A DNA stretch of 64,000 nt from Sphyrna mokarran (lineage: Eukaryota): positions 32,178,001-32,242,000 of the forward strand of contig JAGIQG010000017.1 in the NCBI GenBank assembly GCA_024679065.1, written 5' to 3'. Numbering within the stretch: the stretch's first letter is position 1; every line of letters begins with the position of its first letter. Shown piece by piece: positions 61,886 to 64,000 of the stretch. The position numbers were made by a program, and so were the translations under genes. Under the pieces are notes generated by a model. It searched no databases and was not told where the DNA came from. It saw only the letters and a list, made by a program, of their open reading frames with translations.

Positions 61886-62203
61886 AATGTTAATTGTTCT
61901 GCTATCTTCATCCCCTAATAAGTTAAACCTACCTAATCAAAACTCAACTGAGAGGAATTTCAGATCATTAAAGAAATTTAGTCAATTTTATCAGCTGCAG
62001 ATTGGATCCGAGAATGTAAATGTCCTCCTTCCTAGGAATTTTAAACTAGCAAAATTACCTCCGGGTAGAATGTAGTTATAGGTATATTATAACAGAAACA
62101 ATTATTTTTAAGCTTGCCAATATCAACACTTAGAATCCTAACTTAAGAATTCTAGGATACTATTATCTGTGTATGGGCTTGTGAAGATATAAGTATGAGA
62201 ATA

Positions 62204-62455
62204 CAGGTGCAATCTTGCTAGCCGCTTCTGCTGGTCGATTAGCGAGGCCAGCCAGCAAGATAACTGGAGAGGCAAAAAATCAGAATTGCACCTGGTTTCT
62301 TCCCTCTCACGAACTTACTGGCATTGATCATGTATGGTCTCATTAGCAGAGACCAGATGTGATGGCCTTGCCAGTGGGACTGGAGGCCATTGAAGTCCCC
62401 CAGCAGTCAGGGGCAGGGCCTGGCACTGCCCACTGGGCACTCTGGCACAGTCAAT
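62204..62455. mobile_element. Fragment of the same MITE-like family as 50930-51441, opposite orientation
   Basis: agatgtgatggccttgccagtgggactggaggccattgaa..ggggcagggcctggcactgccc is the reverse-complement homologue of 51070-51145. Confidence 0.55.
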
Positions 62456-63149
62456 GGAACAGAATCTGGGCCTTTTTTAAAACTAAATACTGTACAGTGG
62501 CAATTGGGAACTCGCCCAAGAAGTCAATGCGATTCTCACTTGTTTTCATGCTTTGGCACTTTGAATGCTTTCCAAGGAATTCTGCCGTTCAACTCTTTTA
62601 TACATGCTTATGTACATTGGTTTTACAAATCAATAGATTACTATATAACAAAATACATGGTACTTAAAGATGAACACTTCACTGATTATGATCATTCGAA
62701 GAGAAATACATATTCAGTACTGTATTCCCTGAGAGTGTTAGCTATAGTCAATCAAAGCTCATTATGACATCACTTTTGCACTTTAAATTTACATACAATG
62801 TCTAGTTCCACTTTAATTAATGATTGAATACTCAATAAATTATTTACTCAAATAAATATTGATTGAAAAAGATTATATTATTTCTTTAGAGTGTCTTTCG
62901 TCTCAGCCGTTAAGGAGAATTGATGATAAACTCAACCCTTTATGTCCTAAAGATGACTTTATGATTGGCTTTTTTAAGCCATGGTTTGTCTTTGTGGCTC
63001 ATTGAAACAGGTTAATATTGTCCATTGTATACTTTCATAAGACTCATCAATTGTTTTCAGATACCTTTAACTGAGTCTTTGAGGGTCTTTGTGCCCTTAT
63101 CATCTAATTTCTGTCACAGGTATTTGCCTTTTTTCCAACAGTAATCTCC

Positions 63150-64000
63150 CCATTGATTTGTAGTACTTTTTTCACTAGGTACTTAGCACTAGTTCAAATG
63201 CTGCACAGTATACTTCATTTTCTCAACTTCTGTTAATTCAGTTAACACCTTAATTTCTTCATGAAATGGGTCACTTCCTTTACAGCAGACTTCTTTACTC
63301 TAATTCTCCAATTCCCTGGTAACAAAGGCTAATGTACTATTTGCTTTCTTAATTGCTTACTGTACTTGCACATTAGTCAGCCCTCTTTCACATCTAATTT
63401 GTATCATCAGCAAACTTGGACTTTCTATACAATCACCTCATCTAAGTCATTGATATAATTTGTAAGTAAATGAGGCCCAAGCACTTGTCCTTGTACACCA
63501 TCTGAGGCAAGTATATCCTTCCTTAGGTAAGGAGACGAAAATTAAATGTACTATTTCAGGTGTGGTTTATCAAGGCCCTCTATAATTATAGTAAGATTTA
63601 TTTACTTTTATACTCTTTTTAATGATGTCTAACATACAATTTGTTATATCCCATTAATTAACTACATTTTGATCCATTTATTCCTTCCCCTGTTTTATGT
63701 CCATTAACTAATCCTCAATCCATGCTAAAATATTACTTAATCCCATCTACCCTAATATTGTGATAGCTTGTTGAATACATTTTGAAAATCTAAATTCACT
63801 ACATCCATTCACTTCCCCATTTCCATCCTACTAGTTACATCCTGAAAATGCTTTAAAAATTTGTCAATCATCATTTCCCTTTCATAACTCTGTTTATCAT
63901 ATCCTTAATAATAGGTTCTTACATTTTGTCTATGGCTATTGATATCAGGCGAACAGACTAGATACTTTCCATTTTTTCACTCTCTCCTTTCAAGAATAGC
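63150..64000 (-). mobile_element. Several old CR1 RT fragments
   Basis: gtatcatcagcaaacttgga (SKFADDT), ttttgaaaatctaaattcactacatcc (DVVNLDFQN) and tttccctttcataactctg (GFMKGK-like), all on the minus strand. Confidence 0.7.

Noticed and set aside
62881-62923. Possible next DOCK1 exon after tttctttAG
   Set aside because: The phase-2 reading gives VSFVSAVKEN-stop, not the expected VFLRAINQ. The next exon is probably beyond the window.

Overview
This is vertebrate nuclear DNA, almost certainly from a shark or other elasmobranch, judged from HE1-type V-SINEs, CR1/HER1-type LINEs with (TGTTCTA)n tails, and DeuSINE remnants. The window lies inside DOCK1 on the + strand. Only two coding exons are present (49827-49928 and 52844-52938), preceded by more than 49.8 kb and followed by more than 11 kb of intron. 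The intronic DNA is layered with transposon fossils: many CR1 LINEs, Rex1/Babar, Vingi-like and Penelope-like elements (the last with minimal hammerhead-ribozyme cores), two PIF/Harbinger fossils (one retaining both genes), Tigger elements, a Gypsy gag-pro element inserted into a CR1, and a solo LTR with a 4-bp TSD. The most unusual structures are a perfect 424-bp inverted duplication fused to the 5' end of a CR1, a second ~80-bp fold-back, a captured probable ITS1+5.8S rDNA fragment inside a Harbinger transposase, and a tight D-box cluster between the exons. No prokaryote-type system or CRISPR array is present. Family assignments come from motif recognition by eye and recalled consensus sequences, not database searches. 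Boundaries of old repeats are approximate.
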